Assembly: GCA_951406725.2 (NCBI GenBank)
Contig: OX597839.1
Coordinates: forward strand, 37,758,001 to 37,822,000
Direction of reading: 5' to 3'
DNA: 64,000 bases
DNA from: Octopus vulgaris
Lineage: Eukaryota
In this document: positions 14,424 to 27,390 of the stretch, one piece after another
How the letters are laid out: every line of letters starts with the position of its first letter
Numbering within the stretch: position 1 is the first letter of the stretch
Made by a program: the position numbers and the translations under genes
The notes under the pieces: generated by a model
Told to the model about the DNA's origin: nothing
The model's input: only the letters and a program-made list of their open reading frames with translations
The model's database searches: none

Positions 14424-14700
14424 AGAGAAAATGGGGGCGGGGAAGAAAGTTTTTTTCTTTCGGAAAAATATAAAAAAATATTTAAAACCCTTTTCATCCA
14501 TTTTTTATGATGAACAAAAACTGACAAAAGCCCATAAAATAAACAAAAAAATCACGCAAAACGAAGAACAAAAAAAACAAAACTTCCCCCAAACAACCTC
14601 CCCTTCTCCCCACCTCCACCATATTATCAGAAAATTAAAATTTCTGAATGAAAACCATTTTAGTTACGAACTGGATCGCCATTGACGAAAATAAGGTTGT

Positions 14701-14714
14701 CCGGAAGTGACGTC
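14701..14714 (+). promoter_or_regulatory. Overlapping ETS-CRE composite motif CCGGAAGTGACGTC
   Basis: Exact ETS core CCGGAAGT overlapping CRE TGACGTC in unique sequence; function unproven. Confidence 0.3.
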
Positions 14715-15231
14715 TTTTTAAATGTATTGTCACATGATATCTGCTCATTTAACTTACCTGCACTCAAAATACGGAAAAATGCTTTTCTGGGAGGACAAAT
14801 AATTACAATTCTTTTTGATTTCTGCTCTTTTATTTGAAACACGCAATTACTGGCGAGCGAAAAACGTATAAAAAAAAACAAAAATGAAGCAAATAAACAA
14901 CCAAAAGCGATAGCTGATTAAATTTCCTATCAATATAATTCTACATTTCGTAACATTTTCCTTTTCTTCTCTGATTAATTATTATTTTGTATGAATTCAT
15001 CATCGCTCTCTCTCTCTCTTTCCTTCTCTCTCTCTCTCTCATGCTGTTCTGTTTTTATTATCTCTTTATCTAAGAAATATATTTTTATATTATAGTTTAT
15101 TTTCCTAAGATTTCAGTAGTTCTTTGAAACAACGTCTCTCTAAACTTGCTCGCTATGAAAATTTGATGAAATACATACCTGTCTGTCTGTCTGTCTGTCT
15201 GTCTCTTCCTCGCTCTCTTTCTCTCCTTGTC

Positions 15232-15286
<55 letters not shown>

Positions 15287-15349
15287 GTCTGTCTATCTTG
15301 CATCTATCTATCTATGTATATGTCTACTATCTATCTATCTATCTATCTG

Positions 15350-15388
<39 letters not shown>

Positions 15389-15506
15389 GTCTGTCTGTCT
15401 GTCTGTCTATTTATCTGTCTGTCTGTCTTGCACTTTATAGATGTATGTATGTGTCTACGTTTACGTTTCTCTCTCTCTCTCTCTAAAGAGAAAGGGAAAC
15501 GTAGAC

Positions 15507-15563
<57 letters not shown>

Positions 15564-15776
15564 TATATACATATATATATATACATATATATACACATAT
15601 ATATATATACACATATATATATACATATATACATATATACACATACATATACATATGAATATATATATATGTATATATATATATACTTATAGAGATACAC
15701 GCACATATCTATATATACACATATCTACATATACATATCTAGATGTATATGTATGTTTATAGACACATGCACACAT

Positions 15777-15821
<45 letters not shown>

Positions 15822-16220
15822 TATTACTCTCTTCTCCGTCTCACCAGCCATTATTTTCGCCTCTTCCATTTTGGAGAATTATTTACTATTGACCAAAAAT
15901 AAAAATCGATAAACATTCACCGTTTCTTCTTACAATTCTAAACAATCGTATTTAACAGAAATTAAAAATTGCCATCTTTTCACTCGCGATCGTATTATCC
16001 GTCCTGGGCCGGGACTTCAAGCCCCCCCCCCCCACCACTCCCAAGAAACCAATACAAAACTAAATGAGACAAAAATATCTTAAAATATCTTCATTGTGTC
16101 AATAATTCGTACGCCGAACGGTGTTTTGTAAAACTTTTCTTCAGAAGTTCATTGTCTTATCAACAGCATTGTCTGCTCACCGACATATTTAATGAAATGT
16201 AGTTCATGTTATCAAACAAG

Positions 16221-16365
16221 AGGCGCAGGCATTGGCTGCGTCGTTAAATAGATCGCTTTGCAACCACGCGGCCTCGCGTTCAGTCCCACTGTGCGGCATC
16301 TATTATATATAGCCTCAGGCCGATCAATGGTTTGTGAGAGAATTAAGTAAATAGAAATTGTATAG
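16221..16365 (+). mobile_element. Degenerate SINE family A head
   Basis: AGGCGCAGG...TGGCTG...GTTCAGTCCCACTG...TATAGCCTC. Confidence 0.7.
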
Positions 16366-16421
16366 AATACTCTCTCGCTCTCTCTCTCTCTTTCTGCATG
16401 TATATATTAATAAATAAATAA

Positions 16422-16486
<65 letters not shown>

Positions 16487-16487
<1 letters not shown>

Positions 16488-16913
16488 TCTTTTATTCTTT
16501 ATTCTTTATTTGTTTCAGCCATTTGACTGCGGCCATGCTGGAGCACCGCCTTTAGTCGAGCAAATCGACCCCAGGACTTATTCTTTGTAAGCCTAGAACT
16601 TATTCTATCGGTCTGTTTTGCTGAACCGCTAATTTACGGGGACGTAAACACACCAGCATCGGTTGTCAAGCGATGGTGTGTGTGTGGGAGGGGGCAGACG
16701 CACAAACATATACACACACACATACATACATACATACACACATAAGTATATGATGGGCTTCTTTCAGTTTCCGTTTATCAAACCACTCACAAGTCTTTGG
16801 TCGGCCCAAGGCTATAGTAAAAGCCACTTGCCCAAGAAGCCACGCACTGGGACTGAACTCAGAACCATGAGGCTGGTAAGCAAGCTACTGACCACACAGC
16901 CACTCCTGCGCCT
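16487..16913 (-). mobile_element. Full-length tRNA-derived SINE family A with internal (TA/TG)n
   Basis: Head AGGCGCAGGAGTGGCTGTGTGG, B-box-like GTTCAGTCCC, CORE-like CTTGGGCAAGTG, tail AGCATGGCCGCAGTCAAATG..GAAAC plus AAAGAAT repeats; many copies in the window. Confidence 0.92.
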
Positions 16914-17034
16914 ATGAGCCACTCCTGCGCCTATGAGCCACTCCTGCGCCTATGAGCCACTCCTGCGCCTATGAGCCACTCCTGCGCCTATGAGCCACTC
17001 CTGCGCCTATGAGCCACTCCTGCGTCTATAGCCA
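16898..17034. repeat. 7 x 19-bp tandem repeat AGCCACTCCTGCGCCTATG of the SINE 5' end
   Basis: Units at 16898, 16917, 16936, 16955, 16974, 16993, 17012. Confidence 0.95.
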
Positions 17035-17059
17035 ATCATATAAATGTATGTATATATAC

Positions 17060-17278
17060 TATTCGCCATGACAAATCGCTAGCCACTACACATTCTTTAT
17101 CTTCTCTCCTTGTTTCTTTCTGTGTTCCTTTCTGTGGAAGAGCGTAGGCTCGAAGCGTTAAAAACTTTTTCACTTCCAGAGCTAATACATCTGTTTAGAC
17201 AACAAGCTAATACATCTGTTTGTTGTCTACACCACCTGCCTTCGTCTTTTGTTTTGTTTTGTGAATTCTCCCCCAATG
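17060..17278 (+). mobile_element. ~220-bp hammerhead-bearing element (decayed core), flanked by TA-rich repeats
   Basis: CUGUGGA-A-GAGC(GUAG)GCUC-GAAGCGUU at 17132-17159; body similar to copies at 18633 and 46538. Confidence 0.7.
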
Positions 17279-18554
17279 TATATATATACCATATAAATAT
17301 ATAAATAACAGAAGCTGTAAGCTTCACCAAAAGTTGTCCCGGGTTTCGCAGTACCGATTATTTAGGATAGGCAAACGTCAAATTCGGAGTAACACTGAAT
17401 TTGTCAGATTCCAATAACTACGATAAATCCTCAATCTCGTATCCAGTAGTTTTTACATCCATTGTTAGCACAAGTCTTTCTGCCAAAGCACACAACCCCC
17501 TCCCCACTCACGCACACACACATACACCCACGTTGAGTCGTTCTAGAACTGTGGATACAGAATGTATTTTAGGTTATATCAAAGCTATACGGAAAAAAAA
17601 GATGGCGAATGCTGTAATGGCGGTTTAAGTCAGAAAACAAACGGGGGAAAGAAAATGAAGAAAAGCAGACGATAGTTGATTGTTTGGTCAAATGAAGCGA
17701 AACATTTGTAGGATTAATAACTCGGACAAGAGAACGGGAAGGAAATTAGTGTGTGTTTAAGCGTTAATTAAATAGAAATAAAGTTAGGTTACTAGTGAGA
17801 AATTACAAGTTGTTCGGAATATCTTTTAACCAGACGAGCTTGTTATTGTCTATGTTTGGTTGTATGTGCGTGAGTGTTAGAATATTTGTGTGTGTGTGTT
17901 GTGGTGATGGTTGTAGTGAATAGACACGCTTGTATGTGTGTGTGTGTGTGTGAGTCTGTGTGTATATGTGAGTGTGTGGGTAATGTTGAGTGTGTGTACA
18001 GTTGTGACGCTGTGATGTGTATTCATGCTTGTGTGTGCGCGTGGGTGTTTGTGTATATAAACAACAGTATATAAGCATGTGTGAGTATATGTATATTTAT
18101 ATATATATATTTGTATATATAATGATTTTAATGGTTTTGTGAGTGCATGTGTGAGCATGTATGTGTGTGTGTGTGTGTGTGTGGTAAAAATGATGGTGAT
18201 GTGGGCCTTGCTTGTATATATATGTGTGTGTGTTTGTATGTGTGTATGTGTAATTTCATGTGTGGGCATGTTTGGATGTGTGGGTGATGTTGATAGTGTG
18301 TTGCAGCGAAGCTATGTTGTGCATTCATATTCATGTGCGTATGTAAGCCAATGTATATGTGTGTGTGAACATTCCTTCCTTAGTGGTAAGACCATGGGGT
18401 GTCGACTTCTAGCATAATGGATGTCCTCCACTTAGTGATCATCCCTCTTATATGTATGTAATATAATTTTTCTGAATCTTCAGATTTTTCTATATGCTAG
18501 ACCACTGGTTTTAAATTGATATTAAATTAATATTCAAATTTTCACCCTTATTTT

Positions 18555-18632
<78 letters not shown>

Positions 18633-18635
<3 letters not shown>

Positions 18636-18812
18636 CGGGAAGCTTTATGAAAATAGACAAAAGTGTAGGCAGGTGAAAACAAACGAACAATTGTATTAGT
18701 ATGGCGCTCAGGAAATATAAATAAAACAAGTCTTTAACGTTTCGAGCCTACGCTCTTCAACAGAAAGATACACAGAGAGAAAAAAACACAGAAAGAAGGA
18801 GAGAAAAAATAA
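18633..18812 (-). mobile_element. Hammerhead-bearing short element abutting (TA)n
   Basis: Minus 18731-18768: UCUUU-CUGUUGA-A-GAGC(GUAG)GCUC-GAAACGUU-AAAGA; closely similar to 46538-46751. Confidence 0.8.
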
Positions 18813-18896
18813 AAATACAACAAACGGGACAGTTTATGCGAACAAGTTCAAGGTTGAAAGTTCAAGGTGAGAAATGTGTAGACATCGTGGTATATT

Positions 18897-18927
<31 letters not shown>

Positions 18928-18944
18928 GTTTGTATATGTTTGTG

Positions 18945-19147
18945 CCTGTTTGTCTCCCCAGCATTGCTAGACAACCGATGCTGGTGTGTTTACGTCCCCG
19001 TAACTTAACGGTTCGGCAAAAGATACCGATAGAATAAGTACTGGGCTTACAAAGGATAAGCTCCGGGGTCGGTTTGCTTGACTATAAAGGCGGTGCTCCA
19101 GCATGGCCGCAGTCAAATGACTGAAACAAGTAAAAGAGTAAAGAGTA
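18945..19147 (+). mobile_element. SINE family A, 3' half
   Basis: GACAACCGATGCTGGTGTGTTTACGTCCCCG...GAAACAAGTAAAAGAGTA. Confidence 0.9.
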
Positions 19148-19236
19148 TATAAATATGTATTCAAACTCATGAATATGTGTATAGGTATGAAGCTCTGTGT
19201 GTACATATGCACACAACCGTGTATATATGTGTAGGC

Positions 19237-19305
<69 letters not shown>

Positions 19306-19306
19306 A

Positions 19307-19337
<31 letters not shown>

Positions 19338-20299
19338 TCTCCCGTCGTAGCCATAGTGGAATTGTCTAGTTAACGAAATTACCTGACAAAGACAGACCCG
19401 CAATGTCGACGGCAGTGGTGGAGGTGGGGGTGCAGTAAGAGGTAGACATATCGCGAGTGTTTAATATGCAGCAGTGGGTGGTGGGGTGGTGGTGGTGGTA
19501 GATTGGTGGCGGTGACGGAGGGGCGGCGGGGATGGCATTGTGGTGATGACGGCGGTGACTGTTGTGGCGGTGGCAATCTTGCGAAGGTTTGGCGAGATGT
19601 GGCCGTTGGCATGTACAATAAGTACTATATATATACATACATACATACATACATACATACATTACATACACACACACAAACACACACACACACATGAATA
19701 TGTATATATATATATATACACACAAACACCAGAATGCTTGTACACACCACTATGCACCCCCTCACATCACCACCACCACCACCACCACCACCACCAAAAC
19801 CACCACGACCACCACCACCACGATCACGACGACGACGACGACGACCACCACCACCACCACTACCACCACCACCACCACCACCACCACCGTCACCATCACC
19901 ACCACCACCACTACCGACAACAATAGCCTTCACCAGCATTTCTATACCATCACCACCACTACACTACCACCACTACACACAAAGAGCGACGCCTGTCACC
20001 ATTACTACCACCTCCATCACCACCACCTCAACCTCACAACCACCTCAACCTCACAACCACCATCATCATCACTATCAGCACCAACAACATCACCACCAAT
20101 ACCACCTCTGCTGCCGCCACCGCTACTATTCCCCACCCCCTTCTACCATGCATTTAAAAGTCAATGCTCTCACATCAAGTTATCATCTGTCAGCTTCGTT
20201 TGCTAAAAGTCATTTCTGTGGAATTTAAAAGAATTTTGACCAAAATCTATTTGTTAATAAGTTAACTCTCTTGCTCTCACCTGGAAGCTGGAGGTTCTA

Positions 20300-20522
20300 T
20301 AGCTGGCAGAAACGTTAGCACGCCGGGCGAAATGCGTTGACGTATTTCGTCTGCCGTTACGTTCTGAGTTCAAATTCCGCCGAGGTCGACTTTGTCTTTC
20401 ATCCTTTCGGGGTCGATAAATTAAGTACCAGTTACGCACAGGGTTCGATGTAATCAACTTAATCCGTTTGTCTGTCCTTGTTTGTCCCCTCTGTGTTTAG
20501 CCCCTTGTGGGTAGTAAAGAAA
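20300..20522 (+). mobile_element. SINE family B (Meta-domain-like), nearly full length
   Basis: A box AGCTGGCAGAA, B box GAGTTCAAATTCC, central TCATCCTTTCGGGGTCGATAAATTAAGTACCAG. Confidence 0.92.
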
Positions 20523-20550
20523 ATTAATTATCTATTTATCTATCTATCTC

Positions 20551-21568
20551 CGCCTGTTCAGGACGACTTTCGGGCCAGGGCCCATGGACAACTTCCAGAG
20601 ATCTCTGGCCTGGCAGTGCTACCGAGAAGCGCTACCCGTTCGGGATTAGCTCTACAGACACGGCTCGAGAAACACGGGGCCGACCTGCCCGAGATGCGGT
20701 CAGAGCGACGAAACCGTTCTGCACGCACTCGTGCAGTGTCCAACAATTTCCGACCTGTGGGCTTATGTCGAACAACTGCTGTCACGTGTGGGACGAGTCG
20801 GTTTATCAGCTGAGTCTATCGTCAATATTGTCACGCCTCCTTCCTTCAAACGGGAAGGAAGAGCTATTTTCATCATCCTTGTGGCTATGGCGAAAGAATG
20901 TATCTGGTGGACGCGTCTGAAAGGATTGGAGACAAACACTTTCCTCTCTGGTTAATTTCTCATCAACTTCTTCAAGTACCACTTGAAAAGGAAAGTGAGA
21001 GTAGAGAGGCAAGTTTTGTCTAGCGAATGTTTTAAAAAAAGATGGGTGAATGTAGCAAGGATGGCACGTATGAATGACGAAGCCACCTTGAGCATAATCC
21101 TATGAACCCAGAAATTGAAAACAGAGGGTTACCCACTTGCAAACAAATGTGGTAACATATAACAATATTGACCAAGGTTACCGTGGTCTTTTTCGTAGAC
21201 TTTTCCTCCCACGGATAAACCTTACTTGCTTTCCCCTTTACACCATATATCATAACACTGTGATACACGATCCCTATTGATCGTTCTTTTTTTCCTCTTC
21301 CCCTTTTTTACCCCTTTTTTCTTCTTTTTTCATTTCTCTTTCCTTTTGTTCCTTTTCCTTTTCTTTTTTTCTTTTTATTCTTTTTATTTTATTCAATTTT
21401 TTTTTGTTTTTGTTCTTTTCTTCCCTTTTACGATCCCTCTTGATCGAAAACCTACGCCACCCCCTTTTTTTTTCTTTTTGTTTTTTGTTCTCTTCATCCC
21501 CCAAAAGAAAAGTTCTACCTTGTAACTTGTCCCATCTGTGTGTAGCCCTGTGTGGCCAATAAAGAAAC
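20551..21568 (+). mobile_element. 5'-truncated Tx1/L1-clade LINE: ORF2 C-terminal zinc knuckle plus 3' UTR, embedded in (ATCT)n
   Basis: Frame 20551-21105 reads ...LAWQCYREALPVRD*LYRHG...CPRCGQSDETVLHALVQCP...AKECIWWTR...KRW...* with two internal stops; pyrimidine-rich UTR; AATAAA at 21558 then (ATCT)n. Confidence 0.85.
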
Positions 21569-22072
<504 letters not shown>

Positions 22073-22074
22073 CC

Positions 22075-22245
22075 AGGATGAATGAACAAAACGAAGGAAA
22101 ACAAGAAAGACCCCAACGAGAGGCACACGTTTACTCAAGGGCATTATTAGTTTCACGCTTGAAAAGGAAAACAAAAAAGGCCTTTGACGTTTCCTACATT
22201 GCAGTCCTTCAACAGAATAAAGACAGGAAGCGGGGTGGTAGAAAG
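22075..22245 (-). mobile_element. Hammerhead-bearing short element, decayed stem II
   Basis: Minus 22181-22220: CUGUUGA-A-GGACUGCAAUGUAG-GAAACGUC. Confidence 0.5.
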
Positions 22246-22360
22246 CATATATACATACATATATATACATGTGTGTATGTGTGTGTTTATATATATACTC
22301 AAACACGCGCGCACACACTCACACACATATGGCAATATATATATATGTGTGTATGTATGC

Positions 22361-22398
<38 letters not shown>

Positions 22399-22540
22399 AG
22401 TTTTTATCATTAATCACCAGAAGTTAACACTTATCGACCTGGTTTCATCTTATGGGAATTTACATAAACCGGTTGAAATGATAAATATAATCCTCTGGGT
22501 CGTAGAATTATTTTTGAAAACAATTACGAAATCACGTTAA

Positions 22541-22731
22541 TACTCTTTTACTTGTTTCAGTCATTTGACTGAGGCCATGCTGGAGCACCGCCTTTAGTCG
22601 AGCAAATCGACCCCGGAACTTATTCTTTTGTAAGCCCAGTACTTATTCTATCGGTCTCTTTTGCCGAACCGCTAAGTGACGGAGGACATAAACACACCAG
22701 CATCGGTTGTCAAGCAATGCTAGGGGGACAA

Positions 22732-22762
<31 letters not shown>

Positions 22763-22933
22763 CATATATACGACAGGCTTCTTTCAGTTTCTGTCTACCA
22801 AATCCACTCACAAGGCATTGGTTGCCCGAGGCTATAGCAGAAGACACTTGCCGAAGATGCCACGCAGTGGGACTGAACCCGGAACCATGTGGCTGGTAAG
22901 CAAGCTACTTACCACACAGCCACTCCTGCGCCT
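22541..22933 (-). mobile_element. Full-length SINE family A
   Basis: Complete match to the other family A copies. Confidence 0.93.
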
Positions 22934-23002
22934 ATAATGCATATTTTTTTTAAAAACGGTTTGTCTGTTGAGTGATTCGAAAATGAATGTGTATTTGCGT
23001 AT

Positions 23003-23197
23003 TACTCTTTTACTCTTTTACTTGTTTCAGTCATTTGACTGCGGCCATGTTGGAGCACAGCCTTTTGTCGAGAAAATCGACCCCAGGACTTATTCTTTGT
23101 AAGCCTAGTACTTATTCTATCGCTAAGTTACGGAGACGTAAACACACCAGTATCGGTTGTCAAGCGATGTTGTGGGGGACAAACACAGACACACACA
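23003..23197 (-). mobile_element. SINE family A, 3' half
   Basis: Tail and body match family A; ends at the internal (CA)n. Confidence 0.88.
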
Positions 23198-24098
23198 TCG
23201 AACAGTAAGGTGTGTTTTGTATGAAGACCTGCATTTCCACCTGTACAAGTTAGATATTGGGCAGCAATTGAAACCATGGGACTATGCACAGTTGCCTAAC
23301 TTCGCACGTCAGATGGAAGCAATTTTTGAGGCAAACGACAAACTCATTTTGTTAATGAATGATGAAGTTCATTTTCATCTCAATACCATGGTGAATCAAC
23401 GGAACTGTCGTTATTGGGCTCTTGAAAACCCGAGAGAACTGCACGAAAGACCACTGCAGAGCCCAAAAGTGACGGTCTGGTGTGCTGGGGGAAAAGCTGC
23501 TGTCATTGATCCTTACTGTTTTGAAGACATTCATGGAAATGCTGTTACTGTGAACCCCGAGCATTACATCGAGATAATAACCAAATTTTTTGTGCCTGAA
23601 TTACGACGAAAACGTATGCCTAGTCGACCTGTGTGGTTTCAGCAGGATGGGGCGACGGCCTACACAGCCAGAGCAACAATGGACGTTCTTCGCCCTCTCT
23701 TCGGTGACCGTCTCATTTCCAGATTTGCTGACATTCCTTGGCGCCCCTCGGTCCCCTGATTTGTCTATGTGTGATTGCTTCTTGTGGGGGAAACCTCAAG
23801 GCACGTGTGCATGTGCATAAGCCCCGTTCATTGGTCGATTTGAAAAAAGCTATTCGCGTGGAAGTCGCCCAAATCGTCAGAGCAATGTTAGAGAGAGTGG
23901 AGGCCAACTTCCAAGAAATCCTTCAGAAATGCATCAATGAAAGCGGACACCACATGGTGGACATTTTGTTTTCCACACTTGATTTTGACAAATGCTAATT
24001 CAATACGAACACATTGATGTCAATAAAACTTGTTTGCAGCTAAAAATTAATGATTTTGTGAAATTTTTGAAAACGCCTGTCGTCTCTGCCCCACCCTA
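23198..24098 (+). mobile_element. Tc1/mariner-superfamily transposon remnant, DD41D (rosa/Visitor-type) transposase pseudogene plus right end
   Basis: Motifs MNDEVHFHL, NCRYWA, KVTVWC, WFQQDGATAYT, W/PRSPDLSMCDCFLWG/NLKARV; two +1 frameshifts near 23741 and 23790; 41 residues between the 2nd and 3rd Asp after correction; ends ...CACCCTA-TA. Confidence 0.9.
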
Positions 24099-24260
24099 TA
24101 TATATATATATATATAGAAAAGGAGAGTGGAGATTTATTCACATCCAAAACCTTTTATTAAAAAAGTTTTTTATAGTATATACATAACAATGATCAACAT
24201 ATGTTTGAATTGCTGTAACTACACATTACTCTGTATGGAATTATATATATATGTACATGC

Positions 24261-24336
<76 letters not shown>

Positions 24337-24437
24337 TAGAGAGAGAGAGTGAGAGAGAGAGTGAGAGAGAGAGAGAGCGAGAGAGAGAGATTTATACACA
24401 CACATGTGCACAGATATGGGACACAGGAGTAGAGATT

Positions 24438-24494
<57 letters not shown>

Positions 24495-24573
24495 GCATAT
24501 ATATATGTATAAATATATGTATATCTGTGTGTGTGCGTGTGTGTGTGTGTGTGTATGTGAGAGCGTGCACACG

Positions 24574-24607
<34 letters not shown>

Positions 24608-24821
24608 CGTGTATATCCCTATATACATATATGTAGATTTTGAAAGGGTAAAGTTGAAGAGATATTAATTCTTAATCAGATTTACTGACATTTACCATAA
24701 ATAATATTTTGTCTCGATTTGGTGTTATTGTCTTTTTCTTTTTTAAAAAAAGACTATCTTCATGGTTTTTCACAAATTGATTCACACCTTTTGATGCAAA
24801 TCTATTTTGGCTGTGCTGTAT

Positions 24822-24898
<77 letters not shown>

Positions 24899-25113
24899 CA
24901 CACACACATACACACACACACATACACACATACACACACACACACATGCACACACGCTGACACATGCACACACATGCACACACACACATACACATTTTTC
25001 ATACAAATATGTATATGTATGTAGCTATCTGTGTATCTATTTATACATACATACATATACATACATTCATACATACATACATACATACATACCTACCTAC
25101 ATACATACATACA

Positions 25114-25149
<36 letters not shown>

Positions 25150-25353
25150 CGTATATATATATACATATATATACATATATATATCTATGTACAGACATAT
25201 GTATACATACATACGTACATATAAATACATACATATACATACATCTATATATATATACATAAATACATATAAGTAGTGTATATATACATGCATGCATATA
25301 TATATATACATGCATGCATATATATATATACATATATATACATATAAATACAT

Positions 25354-25384
<31 letters not shown>

Positions 25385-25385
25385 G

Positions 25386-25423
<38 letters not shown>

Positions 25424-25616
25424 GTATATATATATGTATATATATATATAAATATGTACATATATATATATTCATATATGTATGTATCCATTTGTTCATA
25501 AGTACACACACGTCTTTAAATTCCCTAAGTAATTCAGCTAACCTGTCTCAGTGCTTACAGACACTTACCAAGAAAGAAAGTAGGGAGGAAGAACTGTACT
25601 CTCTACGAAAAGTGTA

Positions 25617-25661
<45 letters not shown>

Positions 25662-25920
25662 ACACACACAGTGAGTGCGAGAACGAGTGTGTGAGTGAAT
25701 GAGCGAGTGAGAGGGAGTCGGAATTAAGGAAATCCACGCGAATACTTCGGTCAGCACTCCAAACGAAAACCTAGGTAGACTGTCAAGGGAATTCGTATTC
25801 GTTTAATCTTTAAGGCGTTCCATAAAAAAAAGAATAAACCCAAGGATATTCGCCAGCCGATCGTAATGCATAATAATAAACACGTGAAAGAAAGGAGACT
25901 ATGGTGTTACATAACTTTAT

Positions 25921-26308
25921 GGAGGCGCAATGGCCCAGTGGTTAGGGCAGCGGACTCGCGGTCGTAGGATCGCGGTTTCGATTCCCAGACTGGGCGTTGT
26001 GAGTGTTTATTGAGCGAAAACATCTAAAAGCTCCACGAGGCTCCGGCAGGGGATGGTGGTGATCCCTGCTGTACTCTTTCACCACAACTTTCTCTCACTC
26101 TTACTTCCTGTTTCTGTTGTACCTGTATTTCAAAGGGCCGGCCTTGTCACTCTCTGTGTCACGCTGAATATCCCCGAGAACTACGTTAAGGGTACACGTG
26201 TCTGTGGAGTGCTCAGCCACTTACACGTTAATTTCACGAGCAGGCTGTTCCGTTGATTCGGATCAACCGGAACCCTCATCGTCGTAACCGACGGAGTGCT
26301 TCCATCCC
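25921..26308 (+). mobile_element. tRNA-derived SINE family C (alternative tail) with 12-bp TSD
   Basis: A and B boxes as at 3152 and 12884; TSD ACATAACTTTAT at 25909-25920 and 26309-26320. Confidence 0.92.
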
Positions 26309-26372
26309 ACATAACTTTATAAACGGTTCTGATTGTTTCGAAAGCTAGTGAGCCCATTTCATCACTTTATAT

Positions 26373-26450
26373 CAGTGTTTCTCAACCTTTTTACCCTTGT
26401 GTAACCCTTAAAATAAATTACATGTCTCAAGGAACCCCTGTACAAAAAAA
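26373..26450 (+). mobile_element. hAT (Charlie-like) terminal sequence
   Basis: CAGTGTTTCTCAACC start plus GGAACCCC subterminal motif; partner TIR not found. Confidence 0.5.
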
Positions 26451-27354
26451 AATTTATGTACCATATCTTTCTCATATTTTTTCATCGTAGTTCACGTAGG
26501 TTTGTCAGATAAGTGTGAGAAACCAATTAATAATGCATTACGTTCATTAGTTAAATTAGATCTACAATTTGAGGATTTACAACGCCCCTACCGAGCACAA
26601 ATAACTGTTAATGCCGCCCTCCCTCTATGGAAGAGCACCACCTATAATTGAACAAGAAATCCAATTTGAAGTCCCAAATGAATTTAACCAGAAATGTGTT
26701 GTTTTCTTTAGCATTAAAAACAGTGAACATAGTCATGTTATCTGGTTTTAAATTTAGCAGCAGTATCGCATATATGACAATGGACTTTAATCAGGTGTTT
26801 TAATTGAGGACTAATATATTGAATTATTTCTCCAGAAACTTGTTGTCTAAAGGACATTTATCACTGTTCCTACAGTTACACATATAATCAAGCTTGTTGT
26901 CATAAGAGGCCGTATTCATTCTAGCAGTGTCTATGTTAATTCTAAGAGAAGATACAGTATAATTGTCATCACCATCCTTTGTACTGGATACATATGTATT
27001 ACTTGTGATAGGCTAGATTTGTATTTACCATCAGAACATTCAGATCACATGTAGGTCACGGATAGGTCACATGCCGATGTCAGGGCTAGCCGATAATGTT
27101 TATCCCCCCACGGACAACAAACTGATTTCAAAATAGAGAAAATTTTATTTTCGCAACCTCATTGATGCTCACACGTACCAACCTCATTGACATCATGAAA
27201 CGACCCCGCGCATACATGTACATATATACGCATGCACACACAATCGTGCCACACACTTAAATACGCATTTGAAATCACGTACATGCATACAAAAACACAA
27301 ACGCCCTCACAAATATTCACACACACATATATATACATGCACACACAAATATGT

Positions 27355-27390
<36 letters not shown>

